A stretch of 63,586 nucleotides of DNA, filler included, from Octopus bimaculoides (taxonomy: Eukaryota), in assembly GCF_001194135.2 (NCBI RefSeq). It is 7 parts of 6 records of this genome, joined end to end, with 100 filler letters (N's around TTAATTAATTAA, not from the genome) between each part and the next. Parts side by side here need not be neighbours in the genome. Positions count along the whole stretch, not along the records: positions 1 to 27,382 come from NC_068993.1; positions 27,483 to 41,961 come from NC_069002.1; 5 more parts are not named here. One strand, given 5' to 3'. Positions 23,625 to 36,054 of this stretch are shown here, in pieces (position 1 is the stretch's first letter; every line of letters starts with the position of its first letter). The notes beneath the pieces are model-generated. The model was not told where the DNA came from. It worked only from the letters and a program-made list of their open reading frames with translations, and ran no database searches. The position numbers and the translations under genes were made by a program.

Positions 23625-23815
23625 TCTACGAGGCCCGAGATTTTTGTATGTAACTGGTAATTAATTTATCGGCTCCGAAGGGATGAAAGGCAAAGTCGAC
23701 CTCGGCGGAATTTGTATATCGTAACTTTTTATCGTTTATCTTTTACTTGCTTTAGTCATTAAACTGCGGCCAAGCTGGGGCACAACCTTGAAGAATTTGT
23801 TGTTGAATGAATCCA
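23625..23815 (-). mobile_element. Adjacent fragments of SINE A (23625-23712) and SINE B tail (23728-23815)
   Basis: ggatgaaaggcaaagtcgacctcggcggaattt, followed by tcttttacttgctttagtcattaaactgcggcc. Confidence 0.8.
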
Positions 23816-25037
23816 CACAGCCACACTTGAGCCTGTATGACTCTATTGGATATTTAGCTTCTTAACGCGGCATGCCACTTTATTCATTCGTTTGAATTTA
23901 TTTCCCGAAAAAATGTGAGTATCTTTGTTCTGATGAATTTGTTTTCTCTTAAGAGAGCTAGAAAAAACTTAGTAGTGTCTTAAGCATTTTCTCTTATAAG
24001 AAAGACGCATACTATAAGAGAAGAATGATTATAAGATCTCTCTTTCTCTACTAATGACTATGTATGTAGTACATGAAACAAACATTGATGTTTCAAAATC
24101 TAGAGTAGAATACAGTTATTTATTTTAATATAGTTATATTATCTAGTTTATTTCTGTATATAGATGCTTAACAGTACACGTATTTTAATTAACTCTGTCG
24201 AAAAACGTCGAGAATAATCCATGTGGGTGTGTATATATGCCTATAAAATATATGTTTAGTTGCACATCTAAATATCCTGGAAATAGCATAATTTATATAT
24301 GCAGATGTTGATATAGATATCTGCATAAATCTTCAGATTTACCAGATAGTTTAAGTTTCATTTTTTTTACGTATGCAATCGCCAGCGGAGGAAGAAACGG
24401 TCTTGTAATCATACACATTGAATCACAAATACGCAGTTTGTAGAAGCACAGTAGATTTTATTTTGGCTTTTATGTATTTATTCATTTCTGTTTTTGCGAA
24501 AGTAATGAAACTACGGAACAGGCAGGAACGTCGAAATATAAGTGTAATATATGCATACTCACAACAGCTTTCAGAAGATAAATGTGAATAAATTAACATT
24601 ATGAAGTGCTCTACTGCTTTAAAAAAAGGCCTAAATATTAGACGAAAGCTTTGCAATATATACAATGCTATATATTAATGATGCATGAATGTTAATGCCA
24701 TCAATATATCTATCGCCCGAGATTGGTTGTCTGTCTATCTTTATATTTGTATAGATGTCCAGCTATTCGCCCATCTGTCCGTTTGTGTGTCAGTTTGTTG
24801 CTTTGCCTGTCAATTATTTGCATATTTATCAGCCTGTTTGTATAATCATCTGTTCAAGTAGAACACACACGAACTCACACACACTTACATACACACATGC
24901 ACACAGGTACACACGCACACACGCACACACACATGCACTTATAGGCATATAAATGTCTTTCTATGTATGTATGTATGTATATATGTATGTATGTATGTAT
25001 GTATCTATCTATCTATCTATCTATCTATGTATGTATG

Positions 25038-25071
<34 letters not shown>

Positions 25072-25923
25072 TGTATGTATGTATGTATGTATGTATGTAT
25101 CTATCTATCTATCTGACTACATACATACATATGTATGTGTGTATATGTGCGTATGCATATATGTGCGTATGTGCATGTGTGCGTGGGCTTGTGTGTGTAT
25201 GTCTATCTATCTCTTTGTCCGTAAAACAAGCCTCTCTTATTCTGTTCGCCCAGCCATCCCATCTTTTGTCTACAAATCTACAGGCACACGGATACACACA
25301 TACACACGCAATGCATACGTAAATATACGGAAGTAGCCATCTTCCATACATACATGTCTCTCCATACCTCCATTAAGTAAACTATTTGTCCAGATACACA
25401 CACAAGCACATGCTCAAACGCACACATGCATAGACATACATGCAGTCCCGCAACGCAACTCTCATGTACATATACACATGCACAAATGCATGTGTATATA
25501 TATATAACAATATGCACTCCCACACGCACGCACATACACACCCAACCCCAAAGACCACCAACCCACACACACTCACATGCACGCGCACACGGAGACATAA
25601 ACATAAGTACATGCACCCACATACACATATAAGTGTGTCTGCAAGAAGTAAACTGACAGATTTATGACAAATTTTACGACAAATTTGTATGGACATGCAT
25701 CGAAATTCTGTTTTTGCATTGATATGACTAATATTCGTTTCCTTCTCTTTAGATTGTGATATACCATCCAGTAACGCTCGTTTCAAGGGGTATGGATTAT
25801 TGATCACTCTGAGGGTGGATGTCTAAGCGATGAATGCATAAGAATAGCGGAATACATGTTTCTATTGTTAAGAATAATTGTCCACCCTATAGTATATTGA
25901 ATCGCAACGCAGTCAAGCTAGAC

Positions 25924-26205
25924 CAGTGGTTCTCAACTATTGTCCATATAAGATTTTTGGGGTCTACACAAGCAAAGTAGTAATTTTGGGATTCTCATTA
26001 GTATTTTAAGTGTCCATGAAAGCAATTTTGCTTTAGGTGTATTCATTGCAAGAAACAACTAGGTTTTTTTTTCTCTAACATTTTACATTTCTATCTTTGA
26101 GGACAAATGTGTAGCAATAATCTAATGTAAACTTGGAGTGGGAAATCCTATTGAAAACTTTTCCCATTTAATAAGATCATAGTGGCAGAAAAATTTAAAA
26201 ACTAT
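25924..26205. mobile_element. Second hAT-type MITE, right end degenerate; end coordinate approximate
   Basis: Left end cagtggttctcaact and gtccatataag.tttt shared with the element at 16522. Confidence 0.5.
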
Positions 26206-26363
26206 GGCAGTAAACAACCTTTGTTTATGGGTATTGGAAAATTAGATATACATCCATGGAATATGATGATCTGTATCACATAATGAAACGACAAAAATGG
26301 AAGTTGCCAAGTAGTTTAAATTAATTTCTTTGATCGAGTAATACTTTGATCCTCAGTAATACT

Positions 26364-26605
26364 TCAATAATTTTTGGCACAAAGGCAGCGATTTGGGGGA
26401 GGGTGTAAGTCGATGATATCAACGTCAGTGCTCAATTGGTACTTATATAATAGGCCACGAAAGGATGAAAGGTAAAGTTGACCCTGACGGTACTCACTAC
26501 TTTATGTTAGTTTCAAATTTTGTCACAAGGCCATCGATTCCATTGTTCAACCGATACTTATTTCATCGACGCCGATTTGATGGAAGACAAAGTCGACCCT
26601 GGAGG
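26364..26605 (-). mobile_element. Two tandem SINE A fragments
   Basis: Both carry cttat...ga...aaagt.gaccct and end in ggtactcactac. Confidence 0.7.
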
Positions 26606-27341
26606 TACTCACTACTCAAATATTAAGAATAAGAATGAACAACATAGATAACAAATATCCGGCGTATTTTTTCTGACTAGTCTGATTTACTCTGCTTTTA
26701 TAACAAGACAAGTATGATGTTGTGAATCACCCGAGTTAATAGTTTAATATAAACACATCACAGCCAATAGCCAAAAATTCTAGAGTTATGGTTTAGTGAG
26801 TTATTTCGAACACTACGAGATCAGATTTGCTTGAGTATGTTATTAATATGAATTTAGAAAACCTACATTTCAGTCTTTGAGGACAAATGTATGACAATAA
26901 TCTGAAGTGATCAAATTGGAAAATTAGATATATATCCATAGGATGTGACGATCTGTATCACACAATGAAACGAGGAAAATGGAAGCTGTAAGGTAATTTA
27001 AAATAATTTCTTTGATCAAGTCAGTTCCTTGACCTAAACGCATAAGTTAATGCCTCGTAATAACCCCGTACGGCTGAAACTGGAAAACTATTTCTGCAAA
27101 TATTTTTCTAAATAATAGAAAAATTTTTTACACCAACGTGGCTAGAAAAACTCAAGCAACAGATTTACAACTCATTAATTCTATGCCAAAATATGTTCCT
27201 GATATTCGGGTAGCCCTAGTAATAGCAAAAAATTATTAATACTTAAACGAAAATTGTTCAAGATTTATTTTTTCGTACTCTAAATTTCCGAATAAATTGT
27301 TACAATAAAATCATGGTTTCTGTTTATTTCTTGCATGCATC

Positions 27342-27382
<41 letters not shown>

Positions 27383-27426
27383 NNNNNNNNNNNNNNNNNN
27401 NNNNNNNNNNNNNNNNNNNNNNNNNN

Positions 27427-27438
27427 TTAATTAATTAA
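27427..27438. other. Synthetic six-frame-stop spacer TTAATTAATTAA inside a 100-nt gap; also at 42006, 52802, 55943, 60116 and 62299
   Basis: Each occurrence is 44 N + TTAATTAATTAA + 44 N. The 12-mer is palindromic with stops in all frames. Confidence 0.95.
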
Positions 27439-28173
27439 NNNNNNNNNNNNNNNNNNNNNNNNNNNNNNNNNNNNNNNNNNNNATATATTATGTATGTATA
27501 TATATATATATATATTATGTATGTATGCATGTATGTATGTATGTATGTATGTATGTATGTATGTATGTATGTATATATGCTGTTTCCCTGGCATCGTGTA
27601 CCCAATTTTCTAAACACTCATGGTTTTTTATCCAACGTATGGTGTCATCTTATCAGAATAATAACAGTTTTAAATCCACAACTATTTATATATCGACGTT
27701 GCTTAGTTGAAAATATAAATATGCACACACATGTCTAAAGATTAATAACTTCATAAACTATTAATATACAGATTAGTTAGTAGAATTCTACAACTGTCTA
27801 CTCTCGATAAAGATTACAGTTTAGGTAGCTTTCCGCTTAGTTGCCTCACTGAGTGCCTGGCTGACAGACAGATAGGCATGCAGGCAGGCAGACGGACTAA
27901 TGGATAGCTTGGCTTATTTGACTGATCAGACTCGTGGGCTGGTTGCTGGTTTCGTTGTGTTACTTCCTCAGATGAATTTTATATAATAGGATTCCATAGT
28001 AGCGTTAACTAACATTCCCATGAGTTTACACACACACACACGCATGCGCATACACACACACAAATACACACATATATGTATGTATTTATATATAAATATG
28101 TATATATATACCTATATATTCATATATGTACATGTATACATATAAATATATATGCATAAATATATATGCATAA

Positions 28174-28205
<32 letters not shown>

Positions 28206-28520
28206 ATATNNNNNNNNNNNNNNNNNNNNNNNNNNNNNNNNNNNNNNNNNNNNNNNNNNNNNNNNNNNNNNNNNNNNNNNNNNNNNNNNNNNNNNNNNNN
28301 NNNNNNNNNNNNNNNNNNNNNNNNNNNNNNNNNNNNNNNNNNNNNNNNNNNNNNNNNNNNNNNNNNNNNNNNNNNNNNNNNNNNNNNNNNNNNNNNNNNN
28401 NNNNNNNNNNNNNNNNNNNNNNNNNNNNNNNNNNNNNNNNNNNNNNNNNNNNNNNNNNNNNNNNNNNNNNNNNNNNNNNNNNNNNNNNNNNNNNNNNNNN
28501 NNNNNNNNNNNNNNNNNNNN

Positions 28521-28567
<47 letters not shown>

Positions 28568-28733
28568 AATACACACATACACAGATGTGTGTGTGTCTGT
28601 GTGTGTTTATGTGTGTTTGTGTGCGTGTGTGTGCGTGTGTGTGTGAGTGTGTGTGTGCATTAGCTTAGCAATCGACGGCGTTTAGATAAGCACACGTTTG
28701 TGATTTTGGTGAACTCAGTTTTAGCCACGTTAC

Positions 28734-28810
28734 CAATTCGTCTCTGTGGCCATCACCTGTAGATTGGCCTCACCTGTCTCAGTTGTTTTAGCTGCTTCAT
28801 CAGAGATCGA
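28734..28810 (-). CDS. Candidate short exon SISDEAAKTTETGEANLQVMATETN with three alternative donors
   Basis: Acceptor tattgtctttcaag at 28811. Donors CAG|GTGAGG (28773), CAG|GTGATG (28756) and TTG|GTAACG (28733). Frame 0 is open throughout. Confidence 0.25.
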
Positions 28811-29094
28811 CTTGAAAGACAATAGTAATTTATACTAATTAACAGTATACAGAATAGAAGTGGTTTGTTTTGCTTTAGTTTGCATAGACGCAAAACATTT
28901 AATTAATTAACTGAAACACTATAATATTTTAACTGATTCTTTGAAATAATTACATTCCGTTTTATTACTGTTTGGCATACTTTCTGATCTGTACAACGAT
29001 TACGAAATTTTGCCTCTAAACGTGAACAGTACATTGAAGAGGCGTATTTGTCTAAACAAGATGGCTAGGTTGAAGACATTATTATTATTATATC

Positions 29095-29325
29095 GGCCAA
29101 AGAATGTCAGAAACTCAGAAAATATAAAGATTTGTCCATTGAAATTGAAAACAAATGTGGCGTCCTAAGACGATCACAATACCACTGATTGTCGGAGCAC
29201 CAGGAATGACCTAGAAAGGAAGTGAAAACTATTTAAGTATGATCTTGGCTTACCATCCCTGCAAGAAGTGCAAAAGATTGTTTTAGCTGGTACGTCACAC
29301 GTATTGAGAAGAGGGTTGTCGATAT
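29095..29325 (+). mobile_element. Decayed RLE (R4/Dong-like) retrotransposon 3' coding remnant (third family)
   Basis: KLRKYKDLSIEIE ... TITIPLIVGAPGMT*KGSENYL ... SLQEVQKIVLAGTSHVLRRGLSI*, with frameshifts and a stop. Confidence 0.8.
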
Positions 29326-29374
29326 GAGAACGATTACTACACCTGTATTTTAATTGTTTTCTTTTCACATAACG

Positions 29375-29528
29375 GAAGAAGAAGAAGAAGAAGAAGAAGA
29401 AGAAGAAGAAGAAGAAGAAGAAGAAGAAGAAGAAGAAGAAGAAGAAGAAGAAGAAGAAGAAGAAGAAGAAGAAGAAGAAGAAGAAGAAGAAGAAGAAGAA
29501 GAAGAAGAAGAAGAAGAAAAAGAAGAAG
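29375..29528. repeat. (GAA)n tract, about 48 uninterrupted units
   Basis: Directly visible. Confidence 0.95.
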
Positions 29529-29667
29529 TATTAACTGTCTTTAGTTTTTTTTCCAGCAAACAAGGGATACAACCTCTGGCATGTTTCGATTTGATTTTGA
29601 TCTCATAAGGATGGTACATTGCCAAGATCAATGAAGCGTCAGACAAAGCATGTAGCAATGGCTCTTC

Positions 29668-29745
29668 ACATTTTGGTTTCAAATTCTGCTGAAGTTAACT
29701 TTGAATTCCATCCCTCTGGGATCTACAAATAAGCTACAAGTTAAA
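29668..29745 (+). mobile_element. SINE A fragment
   Basis: tttcaaattctgctgaagttaactttgaattccatcc ... aaataag. Confidence 0.55.
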
Positions 29746-31371
29746 TATTGTGAACAATATAATTAATTATTCCCCTTTCCCACCTAAATGTCTGGCCTTC
29801 TGTTTGATATGAATTCATTGAGAATTCATTGCCTCCTTGTACTTGCCGAAATAGCAGTAATGGGTGAAGCGTTAAATAAAGGTACAAAGTTGTTATTCTC
29901 TAATATATAAGCCTGAACTGTTAGAAAAGTGCAAGTACTAATATATTACACTGGTCGTTTCTGTGCTATTCACGCAAGTGGATTAAGTAACAAATTAAGA
30001 TGTAAATCAGTGTAAATGTGTTCGGAGTTGGAAAGGTTTGCCATAAATGACGTAAGAGAAATAGTTGGCCAATAGACTGAGGAAGGGAAGAATGTAATTT
30101 TGTATACTAACATTAGGAAGAAGGAAAATAATTCAATAAACACTAAACAGCATAAATCAAACGAACAGAGCTGTTTATCACCTGTCGACATTCATCGATC
30201 ATCACCGAATGAGGTAACGTCTGTGCTTCAATAATCGGCGTTCATATATTACACAGAGGTGCGCGAATAGATACGGAAATTTTATTATCTGGTTGTGGAA
30301 ATGTATATATGTGTAAATACACACCTACGACACATATATGTTATGGACAACATGGCATGAATCAGAAGAAATTAAGACTACGTAGATGATGTAGAGCCCT
30401 GCTGCGAGTGAAATAAAAACGTAAACGCATTCCATCAATGAATTGCATATGCGAAAACAGCAGAAAATCTGATGGTGACCGCTGCATTGCTTGTTAAACG
30501 CCCCCCTGAGAATACGTACGAGGTTTCTTACTCTAATCATTAACACAGAATATTCATCTACTAAATGTATATCAATCATAAATCAAGCTAGCACTGTGGT
30601 GGATAGACTAATTTGCAAATTTGTGCTTTTCATGGCTTACGCTTAACTAAAGAATATCTATTTTATAAACACCATGAATCAGAAGAATTGGAATAAATTC
30701 AAATATCACAGACTTCCTGTGAGTTATGAAAAAACAACTATTACTCCGATGCCTTTTCATGAGAGGAGGAGGAGGAAGAGGAGGAGGAACTTTTGCAATC
30801 GTGCTATCGTAGTAGGTTTTCATTTCATGCTAGTAAGAAGTTTATCTTGTAAATGAATTAGTTTTGCCTCCTGATTCGTCTACAAATGATCCTCTCACCT
30901 ACTAACATGGAATGAAAGTTTATAATGATAGCAATGAAGTATAACATTATCGCTAACTATCCAATCATGATTAGCATTAGCGAAACCGGTCGAATATGTA
31001 AATATTATATTTCATATATATACATACATATATTACATATATATATATTTTTTTTTTTTTCACATTTCGAAGTTTATTATTATTGCTGATGTCGCTGTTG
31101 TTGTAACTGTAATTAACAGTCAGTTCCTCATAATACATCTTTCCGTTTCGTTTTCAACTTAATTCTTTAAATAAGAGACAAACCTTAAAATAATAGAACA
31201 GATGCATTTATGGACCCGCCCCTTTCGGCCCCAGTACCATACAAAATTTGCTATTAGATCTCCCCCACCCCTAGATCCGGGGGCAGTGCCACCCACTTTC
31301 ACAAGTCAGCTCGAATTAGTCTTCTAACTCCCCTTTATACACACACAATTTCATACATATACATACATACA

Positions 31372-31405
<34 letters not shown>

Positions 31406-32681
31406 CATGTATATATATAAACAAGTGGATAAGTTATACTTACAACTACTACTATTACTCTCTCTCCCTCTTTTTCTCTCTTTCTCTCTTTCGTTGCATA
31501 TGTAAACGTATGTACGTATGCGTACGTATATGGAGACGTAATTTAGATAGTGCTTATATATGTATACGAATTGCTTTGTTGATATACTGTATGTGTATGT
31601 ATGTATATGTTTGTATAAACAATGTTAGAGAGTGAAAGAATAGCTACAAATTGTATAACGTACACTTGAATAACACGTAAAGCGTGTGTAAAGTGTAAGC
31701 GTGTTGATTGTAAGAAAGGGTGTAGAGTGTAAGTGTGTAAGGGTATATATAATGTGTACAGAATGTGTAAAGTGAAAGTACGTAAAAGAAATATTTATCC
31801 AAAGACGGAAAATATTTCTTTAGGAGTCAGAGTTGTTTTAATCCATTTTACATTTAACTCATGTTTATTTAGTTTACCTTTGTTATGTGTGTGTGTGTGT
31901 GTGCGTGTGTGTGTGTGTGTGCGTGTGCGTGTGNNNNNNNNNNNNNNNNNNNNNNNNNNNNNNNNNNNNNNNNNNNNNNNNNNNNNNNNNNNNNNNNNNN
32001 NNNNNNNNNNNNNNNNNNNNNNNNNNNNNNNNNNNNNNNNNNNNNNNNNNNNNNNNNNNNNNNNNNNNNNNNNNNNNNNNNNNNNNNNNNNNNNNNNNNN
32101 NNNNNNNNNNNNNNNNNNNNNNNNNNNNNNNNNNNNNNNNNNNNNNNNNNNNNNNNNNNNNNNNNNNNNNNNNNNNNNNNNNNNNNNNNNNNNNNNNNNN
32201 NNNNNNNNNNNNNNNNNNNNNNNNNNNNNNNNNNNNNNNNNNNNNNNNNNNNNNNNNNNNNNNNTATATGTATGTATGCATGTATTTATATAGATATAGA
32301 TATAGATATACATACATATATAGGTGTGTGTGTGTGTGTGTGAGTCAGTGTGTGCGCACACAGGTATATGTACTTGCAAATATAAATACGGATCTAGAAG
32401 GATAGTCATGTGTGTGCGTGTGTGCGTGTGTGCGTGTGTATTCCTATACATGTGTACATATATATGCGTGTATATGTATGAATGTATGATGCATTTCCTT
32501 ATAATATGCGTGTTGTTACGATTGCGTGCGTGAGTGTGAGTGGGCTTCTGTTTAGATCTGGTGTTAGTGTCTATATACGCGGATATATCTTTGTATGGAT
32601 TGAAAGGTGGATGGCGTGAGCTGTGCCTTTGTGATTATCTTGTGCTGTAATAACAAAACAATATTGTAATACATCGTGTCT

Positions 32682-32725
32682 ACATGGCGGCGTGTTGGAC
32701 CTAAACATGGCGTGTTATTTTCCGG
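32682..32725 (+). promoter_or_regulatory. Paired YY1-like motifs plus ETS core
   Basis: ACATGGCGGCG (32682-32692), AAACATGGCG (32703-32712) and TTCCGG (32720-32725) in a locally GC-rich patch. Confidence 0.25.
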
Positions 32726-33973
32726 TCTCGCTTTTCACGTTTGCGAATGGGAGTGAGATGAGGCTCACTTTATGTCGCTGTATGTATATGTGTGTGTGTG
32801 TGTGTGTATGCATATATTCTAGAATTTAAAAAATCGTTTATATATTCACGCGCATGCGCGCACGCACACACACACATACATGAAGAGTGCAAACAGAGGA
32901 TATCGATATATATATGTATATATATATATATATATATNNNNNNNNNNNNNNNNNNNNNNNNNNNNNNNNNNNNNNNNNNNNNNNNNNNNNNNNNNNNNNN
33001 NNNNNNNNNNNNNNNNNNNNNNNNNNNNNNNNNNNNNNNNNNNNNNNNNNNNNNNNNNNNNNNNNNNNNNNNNNNNNNNNNNNNNNNNNNNNNNNNNNNN
33101 NNNNNNNNNNNNNNNNNNNNNNNNNNNNNNNNNNNNNNNNNNNNNNNNNNNNNNNNNNNNNNNNNNNNNNNNNNNNNNNNNNNNNNNNNNNNNNNNNNNN
33201 NNNNNNNNNNNNNNNNNNNNNNNNNNNNNNNNNNNNNNNNNNNNNNNNNNNNNNNNNNNNNNNNNNNNNNNNNNNNNNNNNNNNNNNNNNNNNNNNNNNN
33301 NNNNNNNNNNNNNNNNNNNNNNNNNNNNNNNNNNNNNNNNNNNNNNNNNNNNNNNNNNNNNNNNNNNNNNNNNNNNNNNNNNNNNNNNNNNNNNNNNNNN
33401 NNNNNNNNNNNNNNNNNNNNNNNNNNNNNNNNNNNNNNNNNNNNNNNNNNNNNNNNNNNNNNNNNNNNNNNNNNNNNNNNNNNNNNNNNNNNNNNNNNNN
33501 NNNNNNNNNNNNNNNNNNNNNNNNNNNNNNNNNNNNNNNNNNNNNNNNNNNNNNNNNNNNNNNNNNNNNNNNNNNNNNNNNNNNNNNNNNNNNNNNNNNN
33601 NNNNNNNNNNNNNNNNNNNNNNNNNNNNNNNNNNNNNNNNNNNNNNNNNNNNNNNNNNNNNNNNNNNNNNNNNNNNNNNNNNNNNNNNNNNNNNNNNNNN
33701 NNNNNNNNNNNNNNNNNNNNNNNNNNNNNNNNNNNNNNNNNNNNNNNNNNNNNNNNNNNNNNNNNNNNNNNNNNNNNNNNNNNNNNNNNNNNNNNNNNNN
33801 NNNNNNNNNNNNNNNNNAAGAAAAAAACAGAGAGAATGAAAAAAAAAACTTGTAGATTTCAGCGGCCCAAAACAAATGAGAGTGAGTGTGTGTGTATTTG
33901 TACACGCTTGGATGTCGATGATTCTTGTTCATAAATATATATGTATGACTGTGCACATATATTTGTGCGCACG

Positions 33974-34004
<31 letters not shown>

Positions 34005-34457
34005 CATATCCATAACATGTTCGTCAATCACAGACGTCAGGAAATAGACAAAACGATACAATAATAATAATTATTATTTTTTAAGTTATTTTACGTGTGT
34101 GTGTGTGTATGTGTGCGTGTGCCTTTGTGTGTACGTGTGTGTGCGTGTGTGTGCATGTGCGTGCGTCCCTGTGTACGTACGTGTGTGTGTGTGTGTGTAT
34201 TCATGTATAGGTGTGAGTTTGCCAACTTGTGCGCATGCGTATGTCAGTAAGTGTATTTATTTTGCTTGCTTTTCTCCTTAACCGCTTCTACCATAAACCA
34301 ATCACTAAATCTAAACTGTTGCTCCTCCGTCCTCCCTTCTACCTGTTCGTACAAATAATGACAATCGTTTATAACACAAAACAACAAACAATATTTCCCA
34401 TTATGTCTTAGCTCTCTCTCTCTCTCTCTCTCNNNNNNNNNNCCCATTATGTCTTAG

Positions 34458-34516
<59 letters not shown>

Positions 34517-34719
34517 AATACATCACAATACGTTTTCCACCATGTCTCATCTACGTTGTGTATTTGCTTGTCTTTCATTGGTCTTCAACTAAATCGAGGC
34601 TCCAGAAAAAAAAATCCCTGGACTAGTTTGCAATGGAGTGTAAACGAGGTAACGAATACAGAAATGAAGGCAAGAGATACCAGGGAAGAGAAGAAGACTG
34701 AAGCGGCAGAGAGAGCCAA

Positions 34720-34756
<37 letters not shown>

Positions 34757-34912
34757 GGCAGGCAGGCAGACAGACAGACAGACAGGCAGACAGACAGACA
34801 GACAGACAAACTGGAGGAAAAGTAAGAAAAAGAGGATGAGAGTGAGGTGAAAAGAAGCAATTTTAACGTTGAATGCAAAATATATAACAAAATAATATAA
34901 TATATGCATGTT

Positions 34913-34944
<32 letters not shown>

Positions 34945-34968
34945 TGTATGTATGTATGTATGTAGGTA

Positions 34969-35003
<35 letters not shown>

Positions 35004-35825
35004 TTATAAACATAATTAAGGGATCAGCAAGCATTTGCTTCACAATATACCGAAGTTCAGAAATAGCAGCTAAAAAAGCTGAGACTCCAACAGATNNNNN
35101 NNNNNNNNNNNNNNNNNNNNNNNNNNNNNNNNNNNNNNNNNNNNNNNNNNNNNNNNNNNNNNNNNNNNNNNNNNNNNNNNNNNNNNNNNNNNNNNNNNNN
35201 NNNNNNNNNNNNNNNNNNNNNNNNNNNNNNNNNNNNNNNNNNNNNNNNNNNNNNNNNNNNNNNNNNNNNNNNNNNNNNNNNNNNNNNNNNNNNNNNNNNN
35301 NNNNNNNNNNNNNNNNNNNNNNNNNNNNNNNNNNNNNNNNNNNNNNNNNNNNNNNNNNNNNNNNNNNNNNNNNNNNNNNNNNNNNNNNNNNNNNNNNNNN
35401 NNNNNNNNNNNNNNNNNNNNNNNNNNNNNNNNNNNNNNNNNNNNNNNNNNNNNNNNNNNNNNNNNNNNNNNNNNNNNNNNNNNNNNNNNNNNNNNNNNNN
35501 NNNNNNNNNNNNNNNNNNNNNNNNNNNNNNNNNNNNNNNNNNNNNNNNNNNNNNNNNNNNNNNNNNNNNNNNNNNNNNNNNNNNNNNNNNNNNNNNNNNN
35601 NNNNNNNNNNNNNNNNNNNNNNNNNNNNNNNNNNNNNNNNNNNNNNNNNNNNNNNNNNNNNNNNNNNNNNNNNNNNNNNNNNNNNNNNNNNNNNNNNNNN
35701 NNNNNNNNNNNNNNNNNNNNNNNNNNNNNNNNNNNNNNNNNNNNNNNNNNNNNNNNNNNNNNNNNNNNNNNNNNNNNNNNNNNNNNNNNNNNNNNNNNNN
35801 NNNNNNNNNNNNNNNNNNNNNNNNN

Positions 35826-35900
<75 letters not shown>

Positions 35901-35997
35901 TTCGTGCGTGTGGGTAGATACATATATAGAGAGACATGTATTTATATACATACGTATTTATACATATTTCAAATATATATATGTATATATGTAAATG

Positions 35998-36054
<57 letters not shown>

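Noticed and set aside
34395-34517. Duplicated cccattatgtcttagctctc around a 10-N gap
   Set aside because: Contig-overlap artefact at a (CT)n tract.
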